Assembly (NCBI GenBank): GCA_030295235.1
Contig: AP026172.1
Coordinates: 868,001 to 932,000 of the forward strand
DNA length: 64,000 nucleotides
DNA from: Fistulifera solaris
Taxonomy: Eukaryota
Reading direction: 5' to 3'
Part shown: piece after piece, positions 12,433 to 25,088 of the stretch
How positions within the stretch are numbered: position 1 is the first letter of the stretch
How the letters are laid out: each line of letters starts with the position of its first letter
Program-made: the position numbers and the translations under genes
The notes under the pieces: generated by a model
Told to the model about the DNA's origin: nothing
The model's input: only the letters and a program-made list of their open reading frames with translations
The model's database searches: none

Positions 12433-14007
12433 ATGAAGAAACCAGACTCATCAGTAGCAGCAGAAGGACGCGTCGACCGCGCCTTAATCGAAAAAAGCCG
12501 TCGACGCCTTGTTAAAACATCATGCACAGCAGGCGGCGGAAAAGAACAAATCATCTCTGTTGGGAACGGATTTGTCGGTACAGCTGCAATTCGGTTTAGA
12601 AGTGCCTCCAGCACAAGTGAATCACAAGCCTATCAAATTGAATATCCCTCATGCTTTGTGGAATCATCAACAAACCGACGAGAAAGAAATCGATGTGTTG
12701 GAAGAACCCGAAGTGTGTTTGATTGTCAAGGAAGACGCCAAACCTCAAATCAAAGAACTCATCGCACAGTTCCCGAAAGAATTATGTTTTGTGAAAAAGG
12801 TACTTGGATTGGAATCGCTACGAAAGAAACACGCCACTTATGCGCAACGCCGTGAACTCTTACACAAGTACAATGTCTTCATGGCCGACGATCGCATCTT
12901 GCCCATGTTGACTACTGCCCTAGGAAGAGACTTTCTCAAAGCCAAACAGCAACCTGTCCCAGTCAAAATTAACGCTCTCAATAACTTGCCCCTGCGATTG
13001 CTCACAGCGCTGCGTTCGACTTATCTCATATTGGCCAAGGGAACGTGTGTCACGGTCAAAGCGGGTACGACGGCCATGTCTCGTGATGCCTTGATCGACA
13101 ATCTCGTCGCACTTGCCGCCAGTACACCCGAAAAGTTACCCCGTCAATGGGCGAATGTTCGTAGTATGGCCATCAAGACGTCGAAATCGACGGCTCTGCC
13201 CATTTACAATCGAACGCCGGAACAGTTGATGGAAATTGCCAAACTGGCCCACTTGGAGCCCTTCTTCGGGGAATCGAAGAAACGGACCAAGACGGAAGAT
13301 ACCAAGAGTCAAGAAGTGGATAGCGAAAAAGCGAAGCGCCGCAAAATTATCAAGGAAAAGTCGCCTTTGGTAAGGGCGTTACAGAAACAAAAGGAAAAGG
13401 CACCACTGACGAGCAAGGAGGCCAACAAGACGGAATTGCCCAAACAGAAGAAACGAGAAATGGAAACAAAAGACAAAACGGAGTCTTCTGCGAAAAGAAG
13501 AAAGTGACTAAAGAGGACAAGGCAAGTGAACCATTAAAGCGAAGGGAAGAAACACCGAAAACGACGAAAGAAGATGCAAAGAAGCTCAAACAAGGGAAGC
13601 AGTCGAAGTCACCCAAAGACGACGTGGAGAAGAAAGAAAAGAAAGAGTCGAAGTCAGACTTGGACCACACGAAGAAATCGCTTCAAGAAAAAAAAGAATC
13701 CAAAGATTCTTCAAATCGGGCGATGGGAGTCAAAGAGATGAAGAAAAAGGTGAAAGAGACACCCGAAGATACGTCATTCCTTCCATTCAATAAGTTTCAG
13801 GGTTCTAAGAAAGGCTACGCTTTTCAAAAAGGTCCAAAAGGTGTTGGATACTACAAAGACGTTCCTCCTAAAGTTGATCCTTTGGCATTAGAGGCGATCC
13901 GACGAATGGGAAATCAAAAGAGTAATAAATCTGGGAAATCTGGGGGAAGAAGTGGCGGCAGAGGCAATGGACGCGGCGGCGGTCGAGGAGGTGGACGAAG
14001 ACGCTAA
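12433..14007 (+). CDS. RSL1D1: Ribosomal L1 domain-containing nucleolar protein (RSL1D1/Utp30/Cic1); two homopolymer frameshifts (~12495, ~13495)
   Basis: 'EVCLIVK', 'KKVLGLESLRKKH', 'FMADDRILPML...LGRDF', 'WANVRSMAIKTSKSTALPIY'; Lys/Glu-rich tail and terminal RGG box. Confidence 0.85.
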
Positions 14008-14185
14008 ACAACAAAATATGTTGCAAAGGTAATAGCTTTTGCTAGAGACATTTTAAACAAGATAGATCTGCTCATTTCCCGCTGTATAATTCGCTTGAAC
14101 TATAAGGAGCGATAATTTCGATTCGATGTACACGCGAAATACTGAATTAATCTTAATTTGATTAGTTAGCAATGTATGTTCAGTT

Positions 14186-15225
14186 TTATTTCCAGCCTTT
14201 GAGCATGGTTTCTTCCAAATGAAGAGAAGAGTTGCTCCGATTCAGACCTCGTTCTTTGGGAGCGCGAAGGCTGCTCATTGAATTGTGGGTCCTAAAGCTA
14301 CCAAGCGAACTTTTCGAGTTATGAAGTTCTTCGGATGATCCATCTAAAAAGAACTCCATGGATGATGAAATAGATTCATGCATACGAACGGAGGTCATGG
14401 ACGACAAAGAAGTCCAACGACTATGCAGGAACTCAGAGTCCGATCTTTCGCTGGCGCCCAATCGAGCCGCATCCGTAAGGTTGGCCGGTGATCTGTGCAA
14501 TTTTAGGAAAGCAGTTGGCGAAGTTATTGAGTTTTCATCGCTGCTTGGTTTTGCCTGCCTTGGTTTTGAGACGGATATGCCCTTGAAAAACATGTTGGAC
14601 TTGACTTCGGGCTGGAGAATGACAGGAGATTCTGAGTCACTTCCGGATTCTTCTTCCCTGATTAGCATTTGGGCATAATGGTTTCGAGTTTTCCATTGGT
14701 TTCCCTGGGCATTGTTCTTGTTTCTAAGGTGTTTCTTTTCTTTGATTGGACTCACAAGTCGCACGGGTAAAGACGGCACGACGTCGGAACTCATGGCACG
14801 TTTCATGGCAATTGATTTAGCTGCCGTTTGGCATTTTCGAGAGCAGGCCTCGCGCATCATGGAAGATGAGGAACGCAAGGTACATGGCCGAGTCACCTTC
14901 TCGACTTTATTTTGACTTGCTCTGTCGTTGACAAAAAGGATGCATTCCGAGTCAAGCTATTGGCGGTTTTAGACCCCTTGATAGATAATTGAGCTGGCAG
15001 TGACGAAATGCGAACCATGTCATTGCTGCGCTTTCTTGTGGGCGGCGTAGGAGCCAAGCAAGAGGTTGATTTTGAGTTGATGCGTAGTTGTGCTGGCATC
15101 GACGAAACGCGCACCATTTCATTGCTACGTTTTCTCGTTGGTGGCATAGGGGCCGAGCAACACACTCTTTTGGAATGGGTTGGGGTGAAAGTCGAATTCA
15201 TGTTTTCTTGTAAGAGATGTCTCAT
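14186..15225 (-). CDS. Hypothetical Ser-rich protein with internal 33-aa duplication (frameshift near 14905)
   Basis: Two abutting ORFs with continuous Ser-rich composition; duplicated motif AP(M/T)PPTRKRSN(E/D)MVR(V/I)SS(M/L)PAQL. Start uncertain (15225 or 15327). Confidence 0.55.
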
Positions 15226-15933
15226 TACTTGGCGCGGAAGACAGAAAGTGTGCCTGAATTTTTTTGTGGTTTTGCTACCTGTACCTGGTAGTCGTCTTCT
15301 TGTTATTTCTTGTTTCTCCCCCATCATCCATCATTTTCGGCGCATGAATTCCGATGCCGCAAGTCAATCGCCATTCGCTTTATGACCGAGGCGGGGGTTT
15401 ATTATTTTTCCGAAAAGATTTCCCACAGTGTGGCAATCTCGGTGTACAGGCAAGTCGATGCAGCTACTAAGCTACCGGTACTTCGTACTTCGAACCCGTT
15501 AAGTCATTCAAACTGAATAATAGAACACAGAAACACAGAACGAATACGAGATACGAGATACGAGCACCCGAGTAACAAGTAACAATTGCCGTTGAGCGGA
15601 AGAGATTTCTGTATGAACAAATCCTTTACAAAGTACATCACTGACACTGACACCGTACATCGTTAGTCGTTAGCAGGATCGACAAAGGCTTAATACTCCG
15701 TAGTAGGTCATTCGGACTTATTTGTTGTGAAGAATTTTCGTTAACAGAATAGCCTACTTTTGAGTCTTTAACTTCATGTCCAATGGATACCGGTGTGTCA
15801 CCTTCGCGTCATGCGGCATGTCTTCTCGCATCCCTTATTGCGTTACGTCGTTTATCATTTCACGCGAGACCAAGTTAGTTCGAGGCCCTTTGCTATCCAT
15901 TTCCTTTGCTGACGGATCTATAGAACAAGAAAA

Positions 15934-16972
15934 ATGGAAATTAAGGCAGAAAGTAGACATCCGAATGTAACGGAAACATCATCGGTCGACGATTTGTTGC
16001 GCGAGCTGGAAAAGATTCAGAGACGCCGCCGACAAGTCAGAGAATTGCGTTTACAACTAAACAGCGAGAAAAAAGCAAGCTCTACAAGAGCAATTGAATC
16101 ATGCTACTTGGATACAAGAGCAGGCGTTGCTCGACTATCGATCTGCTTTGTATCTCAATCAGAAAAATAGAAATTTGTGGCTACTAGCGGGGCAGTGGAG
16201 TAGCTGGACGGATTGCTTCCAAATTAGTCACCGCGGAGCGTTCGGTACGATCAATGGGTTGCGTCTAGGTGCCGAAGCTTTAGCATTACAAAATCCTTCG
16301 GCTGAAGAAATGGAAGTCTTGGAAGATACTACAACAAATGCACCAAACACCAGCAAAACGCCGGCACCGCGATTGCCCTTTTTCTTTTTGTTGCCAGACA
16401 CAAACAACAATAACACCACCAACAACGTCGCAACCAACGCGTCTTCTACAGCCCGACCTACCATCAAAGTCCCGTGGGTAGAAATTAATGCGGCATTGGG
16501 GCATGTAGCCTTGTTACTGGTCACAATGCAAGAACGAATGCAAGGCATCGACGCCGATTTCGTGTTCCGACATGTCATCAAACCGCAAGGGAGTACCAGT
16601 CAAATCGGAATACGACGCAATCCCAATCAAGTTTCTTCTTGGTATCCCTTGTATTCGGATGACAACAGTTTTCCATTTGTGATTATGGGAAAACGCAATT
16701 TTCAGCTGGCTTTGCAGTATTTAGTGGAATGTGTGGTAGATGCGGCCAACGCTGTTGAGAAGTACGATCCAACGATTGTATTGCCGTTCCCGATGGAACA
16801 ACAGCAGTATCAGTGGACAGTGGGAGGTAGTTCGGTGCAATACAACTTCAATAGTGGTGAACAGCATCATCGCAATGACGCCATGGAATGGACTCGTACA
16901 ATGAAATATTTATTGACCAATTTGAAGCAGTTGATGACATTTCGAGCTTTTCATTTGTACGGCGATTCTTAA
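15934..16972 (+). CDS. ATG6: Beclin-1/Atg6-like protein (short coiled coil + BARA domain; frameshift near 16070)
   Basis: 'DCFQISHRGAFGTINGLRLG', 'VPWVEINAALGHVALLL', 'EWTRTMKYLLTNLK' are Atg6/Beclin signatures. Confidence 0.85.
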
Positions 16973-16997
16973 AGCAGTGATATACAAAATGAACTGT

Positions 16998-19183
16998 TTA
17001 TGAAAGAGGACGGTCGCGTAAAGGGACGGAACGACTCCACGATGCAGGGATAGCTGATGGAAGAGAAACATTCGACGACTGGAGAAGATCGCGAATCCCA
17101 ATGGACACGTGGCCTCCGTCAGCACATTCGACTAACGTTTGATTGAGTAATTGCCGACATTCTTGCTCTTGTTCCTTGCTGTGGGTATATAATATCACGC
17201 GGAACAGGTTTGTGTAAGTGACATAGTTCGGTTTGCAATACTGTCCCGACTTTACAATTTCCATGGCACGAAACGCGCTGATTCGGCTGGCGTCGTCGTT
17301 TTGGTGCCTATTGCGCTTGCAAGGAATGCAAGCCTTGATCCAATTGGAGAAAATGAAATTGTCAGGTTTTATTTGAGATTCCCCGGATACGTATCGGTCC
17401 ATCATGACTTGTACTAAAGCTTCAGCGCGTCTGGCTTTGTCAGTTGTGTCCTCGGAACGCGACCACGCATCCAAGACAGTAGCATACGAGAACTGATCCG
17501 CGCCGACACTCGAGAACTCCATTCTGCGAAGGATGACCTCCGCCTGTTCTTGTGCATTGGGCAGCGTGCGATCTTTTGCCAAGGCAGCCAGCACCGAGTT
17601 GAACGAGAAACGATCAGGTCGCAATTCCGGCCGTTGTTGCTCCATCCACTCGATTAGTTTCAATGATTCTCCTCCCATTCCTCTCCAATTCATGCCATTT
17701 AGTAGTATGTTATACGAACGTAAATCTGGTTTGGCATACTGTCGCATTCGTACTAAAACGTCGTTTCCTCGGTCCATTGCCTCCGCAACATGAGTAGCGC
17801 GCATCCACGCCATAAGCACAGCATTTCCCGCTTCTACCGATGGCCGAAAAGCAGGATCAGATGATTCTAAGTAAAGCTGAAGAAGTTCATCCCAGAGACC
17901 CTCTGCGATTTCCTGCGGCTTCAATTCAGTATCATCGTCATTTTGACAGCGCGCCCATGCTGCAATACATGTGGTAAAGCAGTAGACATTGGGTTTGACA
18001 TCTGCTGCACCTTCGCGATACTTTTGTATCATTTGTTGAAGAATAGCAGTGGCACGCTCTGCTGCATGTGTTTTCGAGATGAGCAATTGATTTGATTCAG
18101 CTGTAGTCATGTACGCATGCAGTACCGCAGCATACGTCCGTGTGTTGGGTTGTACATGCGATTGTTGCATGAGTCGTAAAATTTCTTCCGCCTTTTCCGC
18201 ACCAAGAGGATGTTTTCGACGTGTCACAGCCCGGATTGCATTGGTAAAGACGATAGCATTGACGAGTTGTGTTTGAAATTTCTGCTGATCTATTGCTTGT
18301 TGTAAAAGGAGTAGTACTCGCTGCGGTGTGTCTTCATGCCCACTATTCCCCCACGCCTCCACCAGTGCAGCCATAGTCCGTTCATTGGGAGCGCATTCCA
18401 CGGGGCGTTTTCCGTTCGTTTCGTGTTTGCAATTATGATGCCAATCGTTCATTACTTGCCATAACTCCTCCGCGCGTAACCCAGCATCGTATTCGTTGCT
18501 TTTGGCCCAACAATTCAATGCAATATTGAATGTTTTGGTAGTTGGTTGCGGATAGTACCGTCGCGACTTTTTCGCTCGGTTCAGCATTCGTTGCAACACC
18601 GACTGCACAGTTTCCGCAGCCTCCCTTCTCCCTTGACATGAAGCAAAGGCGTGAAAGACGATATCATAAAAAGATGTCGACGGGGTATAGAAGGAAGATG
18701 TTTTTGGTCAAAATTCGCCTCCATGGTTTGTAAAACATATAATGCCTGTTGCGCCGCATAAATACCGTGTCCTTCGAGACACGCTTCCATCCAAGCTTCC
18801 AAAACCTTATACAATTGATCCATCGAGAGAAAGCCATGATTATAGTTTTTCTTTCTTGCATTCGAAAGTCGTTTGTTACTCGCAATAGAAGACGTAGGGG
18901 GAGGCTGCTGTATCAAGGAAATTAAACGTTTTGTTTCTATTTCCAACTCTTGTATTGAGGAATATTTTGTGAATTGTTTACGAGAGCGCCGTCGATCTTT
19001 CTCATCTTCGCGAAATCGATCCACTGCCGTTGTTGTGGTTGCCACATATCTTCGCGAAATAGCAACAGCATTGTTGTTTGGAGAGCTGAATGAATGTATG
19101 GGGTGAAGGCCTCGTATCACGCGTGTCTTGACGAATGTCGACACGAAACTGCCCAGCGAATGCGTGAGTAGCATACCAAGCAA
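16998..19183 (-). CDS. Pentatricopeptide-repeat (PPR) protein, probably organellar; frameshift near 18700
   Basis: Repeated 'PxxxTFNxxLxxWAKS...AEE' motifs (PTTKTFN, PNTRTYAA, PNVYCFTT, PDLRSYN, PDRFSFN); Arg/Ser-rich N-terminus. Confidence 0.88.
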
Positions 19184-20104
19184 TCCTTCATGAATGAATG
19201 GTGATCCGGATGACGCGCTAAAGTCGAATATGACAACATCAGCCTACCGACGATGATGTGATGCTCAATTATGCTAGAAAATGGAGGCGACAAGATTATT
19301 TTTTGCTCGCCGTTGCAAGTTGCAAGAGACATTTTAATCTCAGGGATGGGGTTACTCGGGCACACGTTGAACTCTGTGTTGGATGAAGACGACATGCGTG
19401 GATGGATGCAACAAGGACGATAGTCTGTGTTCCCTAGCCACAACAAATCTATGAAAAAGTTGTTCTCACCAAGTACACTGTGTAATGTGATACTCGATCG
19501 TTACATCGTAAATCTGCCCCTAACTTATACGTAGTAATTCATTTTTCGACGTTGACTGTGATGTCAAAATGTATGCGCGACGTCGCCACGACTGATTTTC
19601 AGTCATGAATATTTATGTCGAACTATAATCGGATACTCCGCCCCGCAGGTTGCCAAAGAATCCCGAATAATCCCGACTGATGCGAGACACGAGTACTGAG
19701 TGCGTACGTACGTATGTCAGTCGTTCGTTGTTCGTTTTTCCTTTATCCTTTCGTCAGTAAGTCATCCGCCTTCCGCTGGTCTGCCGTCAGAAATGTCTCT
19801 TGCCCATCTCGCGTTTCTCCACCGCGAAGATTCCCTCATCGACTCGACCGACCATCGCGTTCGTTCTCTCGGAAGTGCTCAAGCCTTTTTCGGCTGCGAT
19901 GTTCCGAGAACACAGACATCGAATCCTTTGTTTCTTCATTGCTGTGATTGAGAAGAATAAAGGAAGGGGATGATGAACATTGCACAAGGAGCAACTCATC
20001 CTGCTTTACTTTCTTCTATCTCATTTTCTCTTCGACGATATACTTTCGTTCTTTTTCTTCTCTTGACATTCCGATTGATTCCATCGGATTCCTTGACGTT
20101 GTAC

Positions 20105-23100
20105 ATGGGTTCGTACTACTCTAGCTGTGATTGCGACTTTCTGATTTATCTGTAGGTTGAACTTAAACTATCTCTCTGTTAGGTCTCTTGAAAGTCGGCG
20201 TCCCGAAAACATGGGAAGAATCGAAAAAGATTTAAAATACATTCGAGAGGCGGGCATGCGACAATTCCTTTCGACATTTCGCCGCGTTAAAGATTTGAAA
20301 GGAGATGAATTGTTATGGGGCGATGAAATTGAATACGGAATATTTTACTTAGATCCAGAAACGAAAAAAGTTCGATTGAGTTTGCGAGCGAAACAAGTAA
20401 GTATTGCTCTGTAATCATTGAAACTCATTCGTTTGAGTTTGATGCCTCATCTTTTTTCTTCTTCTTACACCGTCTCTTCTGCACAGATTATGGACGAACT
20501 GAACAAAAAGAATCATTGCATTCTCAAGTTGTCGAAGGATGCAATTGGGTTCCTGAGTATGGAGCTTGGATGGTCGAAGCGACTCCAGATCGACCGTACA
20601 CCGGTTATACTACCGATCTACTCCGTGTCGAACGGAACATGCGTTTGCGTAGGAAGCGACTGTTAACCGTCTTGCAAGAAAATGAGGTTGCACCTACCAT
20701 TACGGCGTATTTTATGTTGGGGGCACAAGGAGAAGATGGAACGGTGCCGCCCACACCCGTCGGGGGGCCCATCACGCAAAGTGAATACATCGGAGATGCC
20801 ATCATTAATCCGCATCCTCGATTCGGAACATTGACGGCAAATATTCGTCAACGACGCGGCGAGAAAGTCAGTATTCAAGTGCCGCTGTTTCGGGATTTGC
20901 ATACACCGGAGTATCAAAATTTTCAGGATCCGTTGATGCACGGTGACACGGACGGATGTTGTGGCAGTGATTCGTTGCAAGTATGGCGATATGGAAGGAA
21001 TTGTCGCGCAAGAGAGCAGTATGGAAAAGACTTTGTGCTGACGGGCTGTTCAGATCAAGAAGAACTGTTCTGGAAAAAGGAAGAAGAAGGATACCTCTTA
21101 CAAAAATGGCTGGTCGATGTGCAATGCGTCGGTTGCAAGGGACTCTTCTATCGTCGAGCACCGGGGAAATTGTGGCGGATGCCGACTGGCCTCGCAATGG
21201 AGAAGTTGTGTTGGGTTATGAATTGCATGATCCGCCCAATTGGATTCGATTGCAAAATGGTTACTACTTGCCGTTGAAAAGTGACGACGGTAAAATTCAA
21301 TTTCTACACAAAATTACAGCACGGACGGTGTCGGCTATGGAGAACAATGGCATCAAAAGTAGTGTCGGCAGCAAAACTCCATTGTTTCGGAATGCACCCA
21401 ACGTTGCTGCCGCATCTCTTATGGAAGGTAAAGTAACGTTGGGCACAGCAGTTTTCCAAACGACTCGTGAAGCCGTTGACGGTGGGGCATCCGCCACAGC
21501 AACTGGGGTCCCAACTACGCTCACTGCCATTCCATTGGTACCTACCACATCGGAGACAAAATCACCCTCTCCGACGGAAGCTCTCCGCGCGGCCATTCAC
21601 ATGGACGCCATGGCGTTCGGAATGGGGAATTGCTGTTTGCAAATTACATTTCAAGCACAGGATATTGACGAAAGTCGTTACATTTACGATCAATTGGCTG
21701 TCTTGACTCCGATATTGATGGCACTGACAGCGGCTACACCTATTTTGCGGGGACGGCTCGCCGATACGGACGCTCGTTGGGGAGTCATTAGTGAGAGCGT
21801 GGACGATCGGACACCTGCCGAGCGCGGCCGGCCGGATCCTAATGCCCCGTACGAAGCATTGAATGCCAATGGCCAACGCCGTATTTATAAGAGTCGATAC
21901 GATTCAATCAGCACGTATATTTACCAGGGAGGTCCTTGTAAAGACGATCGACGGGTGCGTAACAGTTACAATGATATTCCGGTCCCAGTGGATGGAGATT
22001 GCTACCAATTGCTGCTGGAAAATGGAGTTGATGCGGCTTTAGCGCAACATGTTAGTCATCTGTTCATTCGCGATCCTTTGGTTGTGTTCGATGGAGCAGT
22101 GACGGAAGTGGATGACGAAACACAGACAGAACATTGGGAAAGCATTCAAAGTACCAACTGGTAAGCAATTTAAGGGATCTGTTCATCATCGTTGTTTGAT
22201 TAGATGCTTCTCACCACTCCGATTTGATTTGTTTGCAGGCAAACAGTTCGCTGGAAGCCTCCTCCGCCTCGTAACAGCCCAAATGATCCGCACATTGGTT
22301 GGCGTACGGAGTTCCGTAGTATGGAATTGCAGCTTACTGACTTCGAAAATGCTGCATTCACAGCGTTTATTGTGTTGTTAACGCGTGTGATCTTGACCTT
22401 TGATCTAAACTTATACATTCCATTGAGTCGCGTGGATGCCAACATGCAACGCGCACACAGCCGTAATGCGTCCGCCAAGGGCAAATTTTTTTTCCGACGA
22501 CATTTGGCCCCTTTGGAAGAAGGAGACGATGGATACGGTGTAAAGTATGTGAGCATGTTTTCTAGTGCTTTGAATGGAAGTGCCGTGGCTTTGGACGATG
22601 AAAGTGATAACGTGGATGGGATTGTAACCTCCGGAACAAGTACACCGATGACAACGTTGGTGGGTAAGGAAGTGTCGCAACGCGAAGCAGCACCGTGTGC
22701 GCTTGGGTCATCTGAAGAACATTCTTACGAAGAAATGAGTATGGCGGAAATCATGTGTGGAAAAGGGGATTACTTTCCGGGATTGATACCTCTCGTGCAT
22801 GCATATTTGGATCACATCAGTTGCGACAAGGTAACACGTGAACGACTGGACAAGTACCTTGACTTCCTTGAGCGTCGTGCGAAGGGAGAACTCGTGACAC
22901 CTGCAACCTGGATGAGGACGTTTGTACGGAACCATCCCAAATACAAACGCGATTCGATTGTCACGGACGAGATTGCATTTGATTTGATGGTGGCGTGCCG
23001 TGACATTGGCTTGGGAAAACTACATGTACCTGAGTTGTTAGGACCATATGCGATTGAACCCATAACCACGGAAGGAGCCTACGATGTCCCATTGCAAACG

Positions 23101-23214
23101 ACACGTGTTCGTAATCGACAACTGCTGGGTCTACTCCGAAGATATACGAGCCGTCAATCTTTCGCGCGTTCGAAAGGAGATAGTGCTTCAAGCGATGAAA
23201 GGCTAAACGAATGA
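20105..23214 (+). CDS. GCLC: Glutamate-cysteine ligase catalytic subunit (eukaryotic GCLC type); introns 20109-20182, 20397-20486, 22161-22238; homopolymer frameshifts near 20225, 20508, 21165
   Basis: Spliced start MGLLKVGVPKTWEES; motifs 'LLWGDEIEY', 'WVPEYGAWMVEATP', 'HPRFGTLTANIRQRRG', 'IHMDAMAFGMGNCCLQITFQ', 'KSRYDS', 'HWESIQSTNWQTVRWKPPP', 'GWRTEFRSMELQLTDFENAA'. Confidence 0.95.
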
Positions 23215-23807
23215 ACGAAAAAAGTGAAGTCGGAACCTGATACGTTGTAAGCTTACTGGAATAGCAAACGGTTAGCCGGTTGTGGACTAGGCACTAGGAT
23301 GCTGAAGGGCTATTCTATGTACCATAAAACCCAAATGGAGTAAACGGAATAGTGGCTTGCGTGTCTAAAAATGAGCGTTACTTTAATTCAATTCAGTACG
23401 AGTGGTTTAGTTTGTTTTATGGTTGAAGTCAGAGGCATATGTTGACAACTAACCAACATCATCTGCTTCATCATTGTGGTCACCGCCGCCCACTTCCTCG
23501 ATTTCTCCGTTGCTTAGTAACGAGCAAGGATGAATCATTATTATTTCTAGTTGCTCGTGATTGAAATGCATTCGTGGTCATGTCAACTCCTACATTTCTA
23601 TCATACTATTCGTAGTCCTGTCACTCCAACATTTCCCTCACACTAGTAGAGAGAGTAGTCCTGCCAATCGAAAGTAGCACACTTCAATCAATAGAAGTCC
23701 GTTCAACGGCTTCCCTCGGACACCATAATTATTAATGGATGATTCGTCCTTCCATCTCTTGCTCGTCCTTTCGTTCATAAAAATTTAATTAATTTTGTAT
23801 TTTTCAT

Positions 23808-25022
23808 ATGATGGAAACCTCGGATCACACGGCAACTTCGGAAGATCCGTTTCTTGCGCGGAAACGCATTTCCGGAACGACGACGAAACGAAGTACGGCC
23901 GGTCATCTCCGCCTCGACGATGAAAGCGGAAGTCAATCGAATGCTTCATTGCGCACGAAGCGAAAACGCAAAGCAGCGGCTTCGGCTACCACTAATTGTA
24001 TCAAATATGGGGCTCTATTCCTACTGGTGGGGCAAATGGTGGGCTTGGTGTTACTGATGCGATACACTCGAACGCAACAAGGTCAAATGTATCTCGCATC
24101 AACAGCGGTTTTCTTTATGGAATTGCTTAAATTAGTAATCTGCGTGATCATCGCGGTCTATCAAATTGGATGGAAGGAATCGTGGCGGCAAAGCTTGGTT
24201 CCGGTGGAGTTATTAAAGCTCTGTGTTCCGTCTTTTCTGTACACGATTCAGAACAATCTGCTCTATCTGGCATTAAGCCACTTGGATGCTGCGACCTATC
24301 AAGTGTGTTATCAGCTCAAAATATTAACGACGGCCATCTTTAGTGTTGTCTTACTGCAACGACGATTCTCGGCGCAGAAGTGGCTCTCCCTGGTGTTGCT
24401 AATGGTGGGAGTCATTGTCGTCCAGTTTCAATCCTCCAGCGACACTGATAGTGATCATCACCACCCCGAAGATGCCTTGCCGCAACATAAGAATGGGCTT
24501 GATGCAGCAGATACAACAACACACACATCGGAACGGTTCATTGGATTTGTAGCCGTCTTGTGCGCAGCTTGTACGTCTGGTTTCTCGGGTGTCTATTTCG
24601 AAAAAATATTAAAAGGAAGTACAACAAGTTTATGGATTCGCAATGTGCAAATGGGATTGCCTTCGGTGCTGGTCGCTTTTGCGACCGTCTTGCTCAAAGA
24701 TGGAGCTTCCGTGCGCACACAAGGATTGTTGCAAGGATACAATGGAACCGTGTGGACCGTGATTTGGGTCCAGGCACTGGGTGGACTCATTGTAGCTACT
24801 GTCGTCAAGTACGCCGACAATGTTTTGAAGGTATTTGCTGCCAGTTTCAGCATTGTCTTATCGTCGGTCATCTCGGCGATTCTGTTTGATTTCCACCCGA
24901 CATCGTCGTTCGTCATGGGAGCTTCGTTAGTGATTCTGGCAACCATCTTGTATGCGGCACCTGAAAAGAAGAGAAGAAAGAAGACTATACTTCCACTCAC
25001 ATCTGCGAGTCGCAAGCGGTAG
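23808..25022 (+). CDS. Nucleotide-sugar transporter, SLC35A (UDP-Gal/CMP-sialic acid/UDP-GlcNAc type)
   Basis: 'STAVFFMELLKL', 'VPSFLYTIQNNLLY', 'YQLKILTTAIFS', 'SGFSGVYFEKILK', 'WIRNVQM', 'VVKYADNVLK'. Confidence 0.93.
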   Translation: MMETSDHTATSEDPFLARKRISGTTTKRSTAGHLRLDDESGSQSNASLRTKRKRKAAASATTNCIKYGALFLLVGQMVGLVLLMRYTRTQQGQMYLASTAVFFMELLKLVICVIIAVYQIGWKESWRQSLVPVELLKLCVPSFLYTIQNNLLYLALSHLDAATYQVCYQLKILTTAIFSVVLLQRRFSAQKWLSLVLLMVGVIVVQFQSSSDTDSDHHHPEDALPQHKNGLDAADTTTHTSERFIGFVAVLCAACTSGFSGVYFEKILKGSTTSLWIRNVQMGLPSVLVAFATVLLKDGASVRTQGLLQGYNGTVWTVIWVQALGGLIVATVVKYADNVLKVFAASFSIVLSSVISAILFDFHPTSSFVMGASLVILATILYAAPEKKRRKKTILPLTSASRKR

Positions 25023-25088
25023 TTATACGAGGTTAATAGCTAACGCATCATCGTTAAGAAAGCGAGCCAACAGGAAATTTTTTGTTTT

